Assembly: GCA_964016885.1 (NCBI GenBank)
Contig: OZ024742.1
Location: forward strand, 172,174,001-172,238,000
DNA from: Eledone cirrhosa
Lineage: Eukaryota
Reading direction: 5' to 3'
Length of the DNA stretch: 64,000 nt
Below the pieces are notes generated by a model. It ran no database searches. It had not been told where the DNA came from and saw only the letters and a program-made list of their open reading frames with translations. Of the stretch, positions 44,031 to 58,537 are shown piece by piece; position 1 is the stretch's first letter, and each line of letters opens with the position of its first letter. Both the position numbers and the translations under genes were made by a program.

Positions 44031-45558
44031 TTACTAACATACCACAGTGTCCCAATAATCACAGGCATAAATCTGAAGGTGTAATCAGGGTGGAGTATCT
44101 GCAGATTTCTCATTAGTTCTGCATAAATATTCTCCTTTTCGCTAATCTTGGATATTATATTGGCATCTGGTGGGCAGCTAATTTCTACTACTGTGCATGC
44201 TTTCTTCTCCCTGTCCCATATCATAATATCTGGTCTGTTATGCCTGCATTTTATTAGGGGTTTTACTGGAACATTCCACCAGTACTCTTTCATATTATGT
44301 ACATGGATGTCTTCCACATTGCTGTAGCTTTTAATGTGTTTATTATCGGAGCTATATTTTACGAACTGCATTGTATAGTGTGTTGCCACTACATCATGCC
44401 TCATAGGTAGATAATACCGCGATGACATCTTTGGACAGCTGCTGATGATATGGGTGATATCCTCGATATTAATTCTGCAGATTCTGCACTTGTGAATCAG
44501 GTATTTCGTGTTAATCTCCTGTTCTTGGATTGCAAAAGCGTATCCTTCAAAGAGGGAGCCAATATAGCGGTTGTTGGTCCTAGATAGACTACTTTCCTTA
44601 TCCATATTACTCTCACTCTTGAGCCTCCTGGCAACATATCCATGCAGGATTCTTTGCTGATAAGCACGCAGTTTTTCATCCATGGATTCACTGCCATACT
44701 GCTGAGCGACTTCCCTGGGTGTGAGTTTTTGATTATCATACAGCCAATATCTCTCGAGGCGTTCCTTCCCAACTCTCATGACTTTATCTGTTTCATACAG
44801 ATAGACTTGCTCAAGAGACGGGCTCCTACGCTTCGAGGTTCGTAGATGTTGTCAGAGAGACATGATGCGACATTCAAATGCTGTCTGGTCTGATGTTAGG
44901 CCTCTGCCTCCCTGCTTACATTTCAAGTAAAGGCGGTCTATGTCACTGTTGATGTGGAAGTTTCCGGTGTTGTTTAGTATTTTTCAGTTCCAACATCAAC
45001 TTCTCGGATTTCGTCCATCGTCCAATTGAGTATTCCAAACTTTAGTGTTAGGACAGGCACAGCAAACACATTGTGAGCCACTGTTTTGTTTTGCGCAGAG
45101 AGTTCCGATGACCAAATCTTTCTTAATCGTGTGTAGTATTCCCTGGTTACGCGTTCCGTATTGCAGATACCATTAAATGTTCTCATCTATCCCCAGATAT
45201 CTGTAGCAGGCCTCATCAGATATCGGTGAAACAGTTAGGCCATTGATGACAATATTGCTAGATTGGGTTGTTGTTTGTTCCCGCTTTACAGTCATGTATG
45301 AGCATTTATCTTCGCCTAACTCCATTCCTATATCCTTTGAGAACGTTGTAACCAGGTCAATCTTTTTCTTTATCCCATCCATGTTCTTGGCATAGAATTT
45401 CAGATCGTCCACAAAGGAATTATGGGATAGGTTTGTATTTCTGTCCTTCTGTGAGCCAATGATGTATTCCTCACATTTCTTGAGCAGAAAGGACAAGGGT
45501 TTTAATCACAAGATGAATAATATCACAAGAGACTGTCCACCTGAAATATACCCCTGCG
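44031..45558 (-). mobile_element. Degenerate R4/Dong-like non-LTR retrotransposon (RT, CCHC finger, RLE endonuclease)
   Basis: [40 protein letters not shown]...EDITHIISSC...RHD, NRPDI...VVEISCP. Confidence 0.85.
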
Positions 45559-45575
45559 ATATTTTATTTTATCAG

Positions 45576-45743
<168 letters not shown>

Positions 45744-45761
45744 ATATGTATGTATGTATAT

Positions 45762-45793
<32 letters not shown>

Positions 45794-46546
45794 GTATGTA
45801 TATGTATGTATATATGTAGAAAATAAGACCAGTGGTTGACTACCAGGCTGCTGTTGGAGATGCTACTCATCATGCTTGCCATGCATGTGGGAGAGAATGT
45901 AAATCACCAGGAGGACTCACATGTACATGAACTCCAACATGCAAAAGTACATGAACTCCAGCCACAGCCGGCTATTCCCAGTGACTGTTTTGGTTGACAA
46001 CTCTGTGCAAGATATTCTAGATTATTGGCTGGGCTAAAAAAGCCACATTCGATCGTAGCGCTGTACATTGCTATCGCGCGCGCGTGTGTATGTGTAGATA
46101 TGTTTATGTGTGTGCGTGTGTGTGTGTATATATATATATAATATATATATATATAATTTTTATTTCATATTTGTATATGTTTATACACACGATATGGCTT
46201 TTTATAATAATAGCACTAAACACTGCTTTTTAGACCCCTTTAGAAATATCCTGCTACTATAATAGCCCCAATAACTTGTCTGTAATTCTGTACTACATTG
46301 ACCCCTTTAACTAAATTTTGTCCAAACAACACCACGAGAAGAATTTACTCCCTCCGCCAACCCTAGCACGCCTCATTTAGCTAACTGCTGCCAAAACATT
46401 TTCTTCTATACAATCTCTACTACTCTGACAGTCTTGAATTCTAAGACTCCCTCCCCATTACTCGCTTCCCTCTTCCTCTTCCCTTCCTACCTCCTACTTT
46501 CTCTCATATCTAGTGTATAAAATATTTTCCTATCATTCTACCATAA

Positions 46547-46663
46547 AGGTCTGACGACATGGTGTGTTCTCTTACAGTGTACCTACGATTTATGATAATA
46601 TTTTTATATTATACAAATAGCGAGGTATAGGTAACCCACACACTATAGAAACAATTGTTACCT
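46547..46663 (+). ncRNA. Type I hammerhead ribozyme with extended stem II
   Basis: aggt CTGACGA c-atggtgtg ...~70 nt... cacactat-a GAAA caattg TT acct. Confidence 0.7.
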
Positions 46664-46709
46664 AATTAATTCTTTATACCCGCATTTCCGTTTCATAAAC
46701 TTCTTCTTC

Positions 46710-46804
<95 letters not shown>

Positions 46805-47039
46805 TATTGTTGTGTTACCGTTATTATTATTGGCGACCTACGTAGTAAATCGTATTATCGTGAGTTCCGCAAAGGTTTGTTATTTTCAGTTATTTAAAAT
46901 TGCCATTTATGGAAGATTTTTATTGTTAACTGTATATAAGTGCATATACATTGTTTTCTGAAAAGGACAGTCAAAAATATTGGGGCCTTGAGCCCAAAAT
47001 TTTAACTTTTATAATTATCAAACAAAAATAAAAAAATGT

Positions 47040-50000
47040 CTTTGAAAAATCATGGCCGACTCACAGCTGAACCCAGTAGCTGAAAGCCTTCCTCACAAAC
47101 TAACACCTCACACCGACAACACCATTGTAAATATTACTACGTTTGCCAACACTAAAAATATAAGCAGTTGCAATATTTTATATTTGTCTCAGGCAGTAAT
47201 TCATTTCGCGCCATTACCAATGACTGCAGGTGTTGAACCCCCCCTCCCCACACACCACCACCACCACAGCCACAACAGAAACAAAAGAAAAAAATAAATT
47301 ATCTCGCGATATCGAAACGAATTCAGCCAAAATGAACTCTTCCACTCCGAACACCACTGACGCCACCACCACAACCGAAACTAAAATTAACAATAATAAA
47401 AATAACGATAACAACAACAGCAATAATGAGAATAAGAAAACCCTGTCTTTTGCCAGAGTAGCAAAAAAGTGCGAAGCATTCCAGGTAACTCAGGAGGAAT
47501 TAGAAGACGGGTCAGCATCACATAGCCCACCTAATAAAAATGGAGCATCGGCGCCTATGCACAGTGTCTTATCGAACAATTAATATAAAATCGCGCCGAG
47601 TGGAACGGGCATCCGAGTCCCAAATCCAAAAAGCTTTGGGACATGTCTGGGAAAACAAAATACACATCAGACGTGGGCAGAAATATGGAACCGTGGACGT
47701 GTTCTTTGAAACACCACAGGAGGCCAGAGAACACTCCATGGTCCCATTAAGAAGTGACGACTTCACACTCGTCCCAAGCTATTGTGGACAGAGACTCGTG
47801 AAGATCAGGGTGGCACACGTTCCACCGGCCATCGAAATTCCCTGGCTAATGGCTGCCGTCCAACACCAAGATAATCGAAATAACGAAAGAAAAGCAGGAG
47901 AACTGGTCCGGATCCGGGATGGAGCTCCTGATCCAAGCGGACCAAAAAAGCATTGAGAAAATCCCAGAGGTAATAGAACTCACTGACAACAGCCACCTCA
48001 CCGTAATCGTCGAGGGCAGAAGGCCTAGGTGTGTCGTTTGTGGTGAAGGAACCCACCTAAGGGATTTCTGCCCTCAGGCTAAAAGGTTGAGGCCACATCT
48101 CTTACACACCCAGTGACTCAACCATCAAAACCACCAGCAGAAGAAATGGCAGCAACAACTGTATCAGCAACAACAGAAGCAACTGTAACGGCAACAACCC
48201 AAGCAAAAGTAGCAAAACGAACACTACCACTACCCAACGCGCCAAAAGTAGCACCAGCGCCTACACCATCCACCACGCCACAACCAAAACCAACGCCTGT
48301 TGAGGATTTTCCACTCCCCGACCTATCGCAACTGGGGACAGATTGTGACGACGAGGAGTGGGAAACGGTATCAGAAAAAAAGAATAAAAGAAAAAGAAAC
48401 CAAAAAAGAAAAAAATCCCCTTCCTTCCCCCTCCAAAAACAAAATACAGAGGGAAACAAATAAACTATCAAACAAAAAAGTTAGGACAGCTATGCCACAA
48501 TCAACACCAGCAACACCAACCCCATCACCACAAACACCAATACAATCACCATCATTAACCCCAACACCACCATCACCAACACCACAAAAGTCACCAAAAA
48601 GCGAAACAGAAACAAACCCACAACAAACGCAAACAAAACAAAACCACCAAAACGATACACACTACACAGCAATAAATTTAAACAACAGCCAATTATTACA
48701 CTACATCCAACACAACACCAGCATCACAGAAAAAGACTACACAGCAATCCAAAAGTTCACACCACCTCCAAACATACAAATCACTCGCATCACACAGAAA
48801 ACCTACACGACACTAAAACAAAAATTCCCCAAAGGCATCGGAGACTTTCGACAAGCACTCTCCAGGAGAATTTATAAGGACATCCTTCCGGAGGAGGCCA
48901 CAAGCAGTGAAAAGGATGGAGAAACCATCCTTCCTCTACGAGAAGTAAGGTAAGTCGTCTTTCCCATCTTTTCCACTCCATTTCAACATGACCTCACTAA
49001 AAATAGGCAGCATAAAACCGCGTGGCTTGGTGTCGTCATGGAAGCAGCGCCACCTGCTCAACAACTTCAGGTGAATAAACATGGATGTAGTGGCCATCAG
49101 CGAGCCCAGAATCGCCGAAGCACGGGCCTTCGCACCGATCTTCGGCGGCTACGATGTGTACGAACTCCCAGCCGTCCTGGATCGGGGGGAAGGAGTTGTT
49201 GTGGTTTTTCGGAGAGGTTTGGATCTCTCCATACGGGCCATCTTCCTGGACCCAGAGGGTAAGTTGGTGGTGCTGGACGTGACCAGCGGAGACGGGCAGG
49301 CTTTCAGGCTAGTGTCCGTCTATGCCACGACAGGACCAGGGCGACCTGATTTCTTCCGGCGTCTGGAGACCTGTCTTGGAACGTCCCGCTCTTTAGTGTT
49401 AGTGGGCGACTGGAACGGGATCTTAGATGCACGCTGGAACTGTGTGGGATTAGCGGATAGGGAATGACGGTGCAATAGCTTCACCAACCTGCTCAGGCGT
49501 TTTGAACTGTCTGACAGGTACCGATTGGATTTCCCGAATGTGCCAATGTGGACTTGGACAAATCGCATCGGGTCATCCATATCATATCTGGCTGGCTTTG
49601 GGCCCATCTTCAGACGCTGGATCGCTGCCATGCACAGGGCATCTTCTCTGTCGTGAGAGTGAACGGTCACCTTTCGGAACCGTTCAACATCATGCGCTCG
49701 TTCCGCCAAGGATGTCCCCTCTCGACCCTCTTGTACGTATTGACTCTCGAGCCATTACTGCACAAACTGGAGACGTTGAGGGGGCTCCCGCGCGAACTAG
49801 GATGCAGAAGACCCGTGTCAGCTCATGCGGACGATGTCACCGTAGTGGTGTCGAACGCCAAACACATCGAGGCGATCGGCACTACACTAAGAGAATACGA
49901 AGCGGTGACAGGAGCAATGATCAACCAGGAAAAGTCAGTGGCCTGCAGCTCGGCACCTGGAGAGGCGGGTCCATGCCGTCCAACAACGTCGTCGGCCGCT

Positions 50001-51425
50001 GGACGGACGGACCGGTTAAATTGCTAGGGGTCTGGTTCGGTCCGGACCTCCAGACGGACAAAGCTGGGACGCGGTGACGAGCAGGGTGGCTTTTTTCTCA
50101 CCCAGAAATGGCCGGAGAGGAAGCTATCACTCAAGCGGAGGTGGGTAACGCGTACATCGCGTCCGTCATCTACTACAGCCTGACCGTCGTACCTTGTCCT
50201 AAGCCCCGCCTGACTGAGCTGGAGTGTTTGCTCTTTCGCTTTTTGTGGAAGGGACGCGCTCCGATGGTAGCGGTCCATCTGCTGTCAACACCCGCTACGT
50301 GGAGGGCTGGGCATGCCGTGGCTGATGATGCGCAGACACGCGCTCAGGCTACGACATCTCCACCTCTTCTTCGACGGTGATCAGATGTGGTCACCGTTTG
50401 CTAGACGCGTCTCTTCCCAGCTCGTCTCCTTGACGGAGCTGCAGTCCTGGGTCAAGAGAAGACCGAGAGGGAGCGCTTGGAAACTGGAATGTCTTTAGGC
50501 GCTCACAGCCCTCAGCCAATCGGGCAATGTGACCGGTAGAAACTCCACCTTGGCGTTCTATAGAGGATTAGGGGAGGGAAAGAACGACGACGTACTTGGC
50601 GAAACTCTAGGCGTCGACGAAAATCAACTAGCCAATCTCTTCGGAAGAACTTTCGGGCCGGGGCCTATGGACAACTTCCAGAAATCCCTGGCCTGTCAGT
50701 GCTACCGAGGAGCTTTGCCAGTTCGGGATAATCTCTACAGGCATGGAAGTGCCGTCAGCCGGGCATGTCCGAGATGCGCGCAGGGCGTCGAAACCGTCCT
50801 GCACGCACTCGTCCAGTGTCCGAGCATTGCTGACTTGTGGGTTTATGTCGAACACCTGCTGAGTCCATCGCGAGGACTGCCCCGCCCTCTTCCTTTAGCC
50901 GGGAAGGGCAGGCAGTTTTTATCTGTCTGGTGGCCATGGCGAAATAGGTAGTATGGTGGATACGTTTGAAAGGGCTGAAGACGAGCACTTACCTCTTCGA
51001 TGATGGCCTGATTAACTTTTTCAAATTTCATTTGAAAAGGAAAATCAGAGTAGAGAGGGAAATGCTCTCTTCCCAGCATTTTGTTGAAAGATGGGTGAGA
51101 GAGGCAAGAATGGCCCGAGTGAATGGGCCTATTCTGAGTATGTGTCTGAAAATTAAAGGTGGAAAACTGGGAGAGGGCACTTGCCCTGGTGGTCAGGGTC
51201 ACTGTGGCTTTTTAATGGGCTTTCGCCTCGAATATCCCTCGGAAGTCTCCTCTCTATTCGGGAATTTTTTCATTGATCTATTATTATATCCTCTGTTTTT
51301 TTTTGTTTTTTTACACGCAGAAATGCCCTTTTGTACCGTCCTGTATTGTCCTGTACTGTCCTTAATGTCTACTTTGTGTAAACCCTTGTGGTTAATAAAG
51401 AAAGCATTATTATTATTGTTATTAT
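47040..51425 (+). mobile_element. Tx1/L1-clade LINE, degenerate: ORF1 (CCHC knuckle), ORF2 APE-RT-Zn finger with internal deletion, polyA signal + (TTA)n
   Basis: CVVCGEGTHLRDFC; MTSLKIGS..RGL at 48988; LVGDWN; RQGCPLSTLLY; AHADDVT; CPRC...ETVLHALVQC; AATAAA at ~51394. Confidence 0.9.
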
Positions 51426-51683
51426 TAAGTTTTTTTTTCTCGTGCAATGGCCATACTCGATAACGAGGGGGCAACCATCATCATGTATATACATATATAT
51501 ATGTATGTATATATATATATATATATATATGTTTGTATATATATATATATATATTTATATGTATATATATATATGTATATATGTATATATGTATATATAT
51601 GTATATATATATATGTATACGTATATATATATATGTATATATATCTATATATATATATGTATATATATATAGATGTATATATG

Positions 51684-51716
<33 letters not shown>

Positions 51717-52166
51717 GTATGTATATATATATATATATATGTATAAATATATATGTATGTATATATGAGAGACGTAAAATAAGAAAATTATAAAATTAAC
51801 TTACTTACTAATAAATCACTTCCAACTAATTAGTTTCTGGAATGGAGTAAATATATTTTCCGAAGAAACATATTTAAAATCATTCCGTCATCAGGAAAGT
51901 CTTTTTCCGTGTAAGTCTCCAGGCATAACGAGGACTCTGGAAACTTATTAAAAAAATAATTCACTGGAAAGGAAATAGCGAAGCGTGGACCTGGATTCCT
52001 AGCCATTGAGAAAGTCACTGCCTCTTCGTCTGTGGCGAATTCAAAAAGAATCAATCACGTGACATCGAGGTCAATCAGTGGAAAGCGAATGGTTAATAAG
52101 ACAGCAGCCAGCCTACTACCATAGTAGCAGTCATGGCCAAATATTGCTCGACAAATGAATTGGATA

Positions 52167-52249
<83 letters not shown>

Positions 52250-52259
52250 AATATATATG

Positions 52260-52598
<339 letters not shown>

Positions 52599-52619
52599 CA
52601 TATATATATATATATATAG

Positions 52620-55600
52620 TATAGCAAAAACGAAAAATCAGTGATGTATCTGGACTCAGTTTATTGCGTGTTACAATTGTTTCGCCGGCTGAAAACTCGA
52701 GACATGATTACTGTATGGAACTGGCTGATTCTACGTCTCTTATCTCTTTCGGACACAGGCAATTCGTTCGGAGCAAAATTTTTCAATGGGGTGTTAACCT
52801 CAAAAAACACCTTAAACAAAATCTACCACTCTTGTCATGGCATTGGCTGTTGTTATTATACGTTATCTTAAGTTCTGGTCACTATTTACTGCTACACGAA
52901 CATCAGCCATTTTCCGTCCGACACACGTCAATGGAGTTATGCTGGGTTCGGTATCTCACACGTCTGTTCACTCTCCAGAGTATGTACCCACACATACACA
53001 CACACGGGCAGGCACAGACACAATCATGCATACACATATGTACGCATTCATGTGTAGACACACATACCCCCATGCACATATACACACGCAGACACTCTCC
53101 CTCTCTTCCACAAACCCAGGCACACCCACTTCTAGATACCGATCGCCACAAGCCTATTAACACCTGCCTAAACCGCGCCATACATCCGGTCCCACACGCA
53201 TGCAAACGCGCACACACGCGCGCAGACACACACGTCCACGCATAGAAAGACACATCGGCGTTCAGGCACATCAGCACATATACACACAAACACTCTCATA
53301 CACACATGGATACACACGCACATACCCACATATCCTTATTGATAGGCATCAAGGACAGACACACTTCCAAAGACATAAGCACACATACGCACATATACAC
53401 ACACCTGTACATATATCTACACACAAGTACATGTACCCTTATATAAACACATAGACAAACCCTGTCCTATGTGTGTGTACGTACGCGCCCACACACCCAC
53501 ACACCAACACCGATGTCCGTCCTGTGCTCCGCTCCATCCACAATTACATCTCCTATGTTGTCTCTATCTATGTGCCCGCTATGGGCGTCGGGGTTATGCC
53601 CTTCAGTTATTAAGTTACGCCACTCTATGTGGTCGGCTATACATCTATTCCCCTTAGGTCTATGTGATGCTGCTGTCGGTGCAATACCACTACAACCAGG
53701 CTGGGTTTGCTCTGTGGCGGGTGCAACGTCCGTATTTGTCGATGTCCAGTCCCTGGTCCCAGTTGCCGCGGAGCATGCAGTGTACGTGCCAGGCCCATGT
53801 CTCCGCGTACTGGGTGGTCTGGCTGCTATGGGTGCCATTGTCCTTCGTACGGTCAGTCCCGTGTTATTTGTGTTGCTATTTGTGTTCCTAGAGACTGCTA
53901 CCGGGTCATTTCTTCTACCTATGGAGGCGCCTCCGCTATTGCCATTTCTGCACGCCTCCTCACTTGGCTCTTCTCTGTCCGGGGTATAGAGTATGGTGTC
54001 TGTGTAACTGGCCCTGCGCACTACCTCATTATAATATTCGGCGTGCTGTTTAAACACGTCTGCGTTCGCCGACAGGGTGGATACGCGTTTGGATACCCCT
54101 ATAACTATGGCTTCTATGACTGATTTAGGGTGATTAGATTGCCTGTTTACATATGGCAGGTTTTCGTTGGGCTTATGATAAGGTCTGTGGATCCCCGTAT
54201 TCATTTCCAAGGTAACATCCAGGAAATTGACCGTCTTAGTGCTAGGATCTATTGTCACGGATAAGCCGTGTTGTTTAAAAAATGCGATATGCGCTTCCTC
54301 ATACGCTCCATCTGGCTGGGGTTAAGGGAACGGAAGGTGAAAAGTGCGTCGTCACTGTATATTCCACAGCCGATCCCCGGGATCTCCTCTGTTAGCCTAT
54401 GGATGAGATATATTCCCACAATTTCGGTCACCTGCGCCGAGTCGCTCGATCCCATGGTGATATCGAAACTGTCGGGTCTGTCCCTCCTCTCCCGTAACTT
54501 GTTTTCAAATCTAATTAGCGTCTTTCTGGCTGCTACTATGAGGTTGGTCTCATCCTTAGTGAGGCTAGATCTGGCCATGGCGCTTATGAAGGCCTTATTG
54601 ACTAGTATCGGAGATACTGACGCGTAATAGTTATCTATGTCTAACTGAATAAAATGTACTTGTTGTTTGTCACCTACTAACGAGAACCAGTCAATTACCT
54701 CCTTAGTGGAGGTCTATAGGCTAAGCTTAGTTTTGTTTTTAAGTACCGGTAGTATCCTGTCTATCATATTATTGCTGGTCCTGCCTAGGTCAGATTTTGA
54801 GGGTGCTATTAACCTAACCGGTAGTTTTGTTTTAAAGTCTAATTGATGGTCCTTAATAGATATCCGTGGTTTTCTAGGTACATATACCTCGGGCCTATCA
54901 TCTAATACTAGCCCCGTCAGTATAAATTTTGTCGTGGCGTTATTATTATCTAAATTTGTCTGTCCTGTGGTCCTATAGTTTTTTCTAATCTCTTTCCCGA
55001 TGCAGTCGTTGTATGTAAAACGGTCAAGCATGTATACATTACCAGTTTTGTCCGAGGGCACAAGTAAATCCTGGCATTTTTCCATGCTTTTGATTGTGGA
55101 TCTGAGACTTTTGAGGTATTTGGTTGGCCGTGCACTATTCCTATGGAACTTGATGTTACGAACTATGTTGACTATATGGTTTTCAAATTCCTCCAGCTGT
55201 GCATTATGTGGTGGGTGTCTTCTCGATCTAAATATCCGCTTTAAGCTGTTGTGAGGGGCATTGGGTGCGTGTTGTGTCCTCCTGTCGTGGCGTAATGCGC
55301 GCCACCTCATGCGTCTGACGAACGAGTTGGTGTCGTATATCAGCAGGCCCATGTACGTGTTGTCAGACAGGATTGGCATGTTTTTCAGGAAGAAGAATAA
55401 TTGAATTTGTCCATGGCGGATCGCGGTAAGCGCTCTACTTATGGAGGAGCGTAGTATATAGTTGTGTATAATGGTAGCTATGGTGCTTCCATAGTCAGTA
55501 TGCCAAAATTAGCACTCAATATTCATACAGAGCAGAGTGTGGGGAGTATAACAAAACGAAAAATCAGTGATGCATCTGGACTCAGTTTATTGCGTGTTAC

Positions 55601-56095
55601 AACTGTTTCGCCGGCAGGTAGCTCGAGACCTTATCACTGAATGGATCTGGCTGATTCTACGGCTGTAGGTTCCTTCGGACACGGGCAGTCTGTTTGGAGC
55701 AAATTTTCTCACTGGGGTGTTATCGTAAAAAAACACCTTCAAAAAACATCTTCCACTCTTGTCATGTCATTGGCTGTTGTTATTTTACGTCATCTTAAGT
55801 TCTGGTCACTATTTACTGCTACACGGGTCATCAGCCATTTTCCGCGCGACACACTTCAATGGAGTTATGCTGGGTTCGGTATCTCACACGTCTGTTCACA
55901 CTCCAGAGTATGTACCCACATATACACACCTACACACACACATATACAGACACACGGGCAGGCACAGACACATGCATGCATACACATATGTACGCATACG
56001 TATGTAGACACACATACCCCCATGCACATATACGCACGCACACACTCTCTCTCTCTTCCACAAACCCAGGCACATCCACTTCTAGATACACACAC
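52620..56095 (-). mobile_element. Penelope-like element (Naiad-like RT, ATG ~55414, frameshifted to 53467) flanked by direct pseudo-LTRs (52620-53466; 55548-56095)
   Basis: LKNMP, FVRRMRWRA, PSDKTGNVY, IKDH, RLIAPSKSDLG, FDITMGS, GIYSDDAL, NFLDVTL, YHKPN...SNHP. Confidence 0.9.
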
Positions 56096-56756
56096 CCCCA
56101 CTGACAGTTACTCACACCATATATATTTTTTTTGTTACCCTGTCAATCGTGAATATATACTCTCCATATGTTCCACCTTGGAACATTTATTATTACTGTT
56201 ATTATTGTTTTGTTATTGTTACTTGTACCATATACGGACCTAAGTTTGCACCTCATACTACCTAAGTTTGCACCTCATGTAGTATATCACATGGATACAC
56301 GCACCTACTCCTGTACCTCCCCCCCTTTTTTATTTACCCCTTTTTTATTTATCTCGTTGTGAATTTACATACAGATTTTAATGTATTTTAACATATTGTA
56401 AATGTATTTATTTATTTTATTATTTTATGTGATCCTATTGTGTTTATGTGTGTGTTTTTTATGTGTAGACCTGTGCGTAGGTATATGTATATGTGTGTGT
56501 GTGTAGATATATATATATATACGTGGGTGTGTATGGTGGTGTGTATGTGGCGTGCATGTGTACGTATATGCATGAGCTTATACATGTGTGTGTGCATGCA
56601 TGTACATGAATGTACATATGTGGCTGAGTGTATATATATATATGTATATATATGTAAGTATAGCAGCGTATGAGAATGTGTGTGTATGTGGGTGCGTATG
56701 TGTATATACATGTGTGTGTGCGTATGAATGTATATGTGGGTCTCTATATGTATGTG

Positions 56757-56794
<38 letters not shown>

Positions 56795-56901
56795 TCTCAC
56801 AGGAATGTGTACGGATGGATTCTATATTCAACATATTATTATTATTATTTTATCATATATCCATTGTAATTGTGTGTATATGTATGTATGTATATGTATG
56901 C

Positions 56902-56938
<37 letters not shown>

Positions 56939-57015
56939 TATATATATATATGTATATTATCTGGTATACTATATTGTAATTTTATATTATGTTATTTTAT
57001 TGTTATTTTATTGTA

Positions 57016-57895
57016 TACTAGCAGTAAAGCCCGGCGTTGCTCGGGGTCGCTCAGTAGCTGTGTTAAAGTTACAATGTTAAGTTTCTTTCTTGGCTTAAAA
57101 ACTGTAGTGTCTACTGTGCAGACTTGCATGTGGTGTTTTTGATTAATATTCCCTCAACCAACAATATGCCTTATGAAGTTAAGAAAACATAACGATAACC
57201 CGAATGTTATAACAAAAGAGGATGCTGGGGATAGAAACTGCACTGGTTATTTATTAACAAAGATCGAAAATGTAAACACTGCAACGCAGAGAAAAACATT
57301 AGCGTAACCAAATTATCAGTTATGTCTGTCTGCCCGCCTATATCACCTCTCTGCACGACTGTCTGTCTGCACGCCTATATCACCTCTCTGCACGACTGTC
57401 TGTCTGCACGCCTATATCACCTCTCTGCACGACTGTCTGTCTGCACGACTGTCTGTCTGCACGCCTAACGACGAAATATTTGCTTGTTTTACGTAGTCTT
57501 TAAATAGACTTGTTTTCAAGTAAAAATATTGTTTTAAAATGCTTTTAAATGGAAATGAAGCAAAACGGAAGCTTAGTGTTCGAACTGATGAATTTTGCAG
57601 GTCAATATTTTGCTGGCTCGACAACTGTTAAAGCCAGCGTAATTTTTTACGTAAGACGCTCAATGTAAACAGAACAAAGGGAAATAACTGATCACTTACG
57701 CTCAAAAATCGATACATTATATTCGATTTCGTCACATAGGGTGGGTTAATTTGAAATTTTTTTTTTCCGATGTCTTCGCTAGGGCTCAATGTACAAGTAT
57801 AGCAATTTCGGTGCAATTCCGTGAGAGATTCTAAGAGGAGATGTGTGCCAAAAATCGATAGACAGACAGACAACCACAGTTTTATATATATAGAT
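57016..57895 (+). mobile_element. Helentron-associated (HINE/DINE-1-like) non-autonomous element with internal 37-bp tandem repeat (~57323-57466)
   Basis: 5' ACTAGCAGTAAAGCCCGGCGTTGCTCGGG hairpin; (GACA)n and TTTATATATATAGAT 3' end. Confidence 0.6.
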
Positions 57896-58193
57896 TGTGC
57901 TTTTTATTATATATTGTATTTTTATTTTACGGTTTTGTTTATATATGTAATGTGGAAGCATGTGTGTGTGTAAGCAAATATGCATATGTGCATCTGTCTG
58001 CATGTTTCCGTCCGTGGGCGTATGCATTTGTATGTAAATGTATATATGTGTGCATATATATATGTATATATGTATGTATACATGTGGGTGTGCGTATGCA
58101 TGTAGAGTCTTTTTTTAATATATATATGTGTGAATGTATGTGTGTATATAGTTATGTGTACGTATGTGTATTTTGTATGTATGTGCATGTATA

Positions 58194-58245
<52 letters not shown>

Positions 58246-58537
58246 TGTGCGTAGGTATGTGTACGCGCGTATGTGTGTGTATACGTGTATGTTTGCGTGG
58301 GTGTGTGTACACATATGGACATATGTGCGTATAAGTATGTATGTGTATGTGCGTGTATACATGTGTATGCGTATGTATGTGTGCGTATACATACATGTAT
58401 ATGTGTATACGTGTGTGTGTGCATGCGCGTGTAAATGTGTGTGTCTATGAACACACACATATGAATAAAAACAAAAAATATATATGGTGTGAGTTTCTGT
58501 CAGTGGGTGTGTGTCTGCGCGCGTACGTACACACACA

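Noticed and set aside
45860-45930. [14 protein letters not shown] zinc-finger-like fragment
   Set aside because: Isolated, disrupted and without context; probably a LINE remnant but not assignable.
51830-52170. Minus-strand reading frame with FEFATDEEAVTFSM, faintly like LINE ORF1
   Set aside because: The similarity is too short and interrupted by a stop; unsupported.
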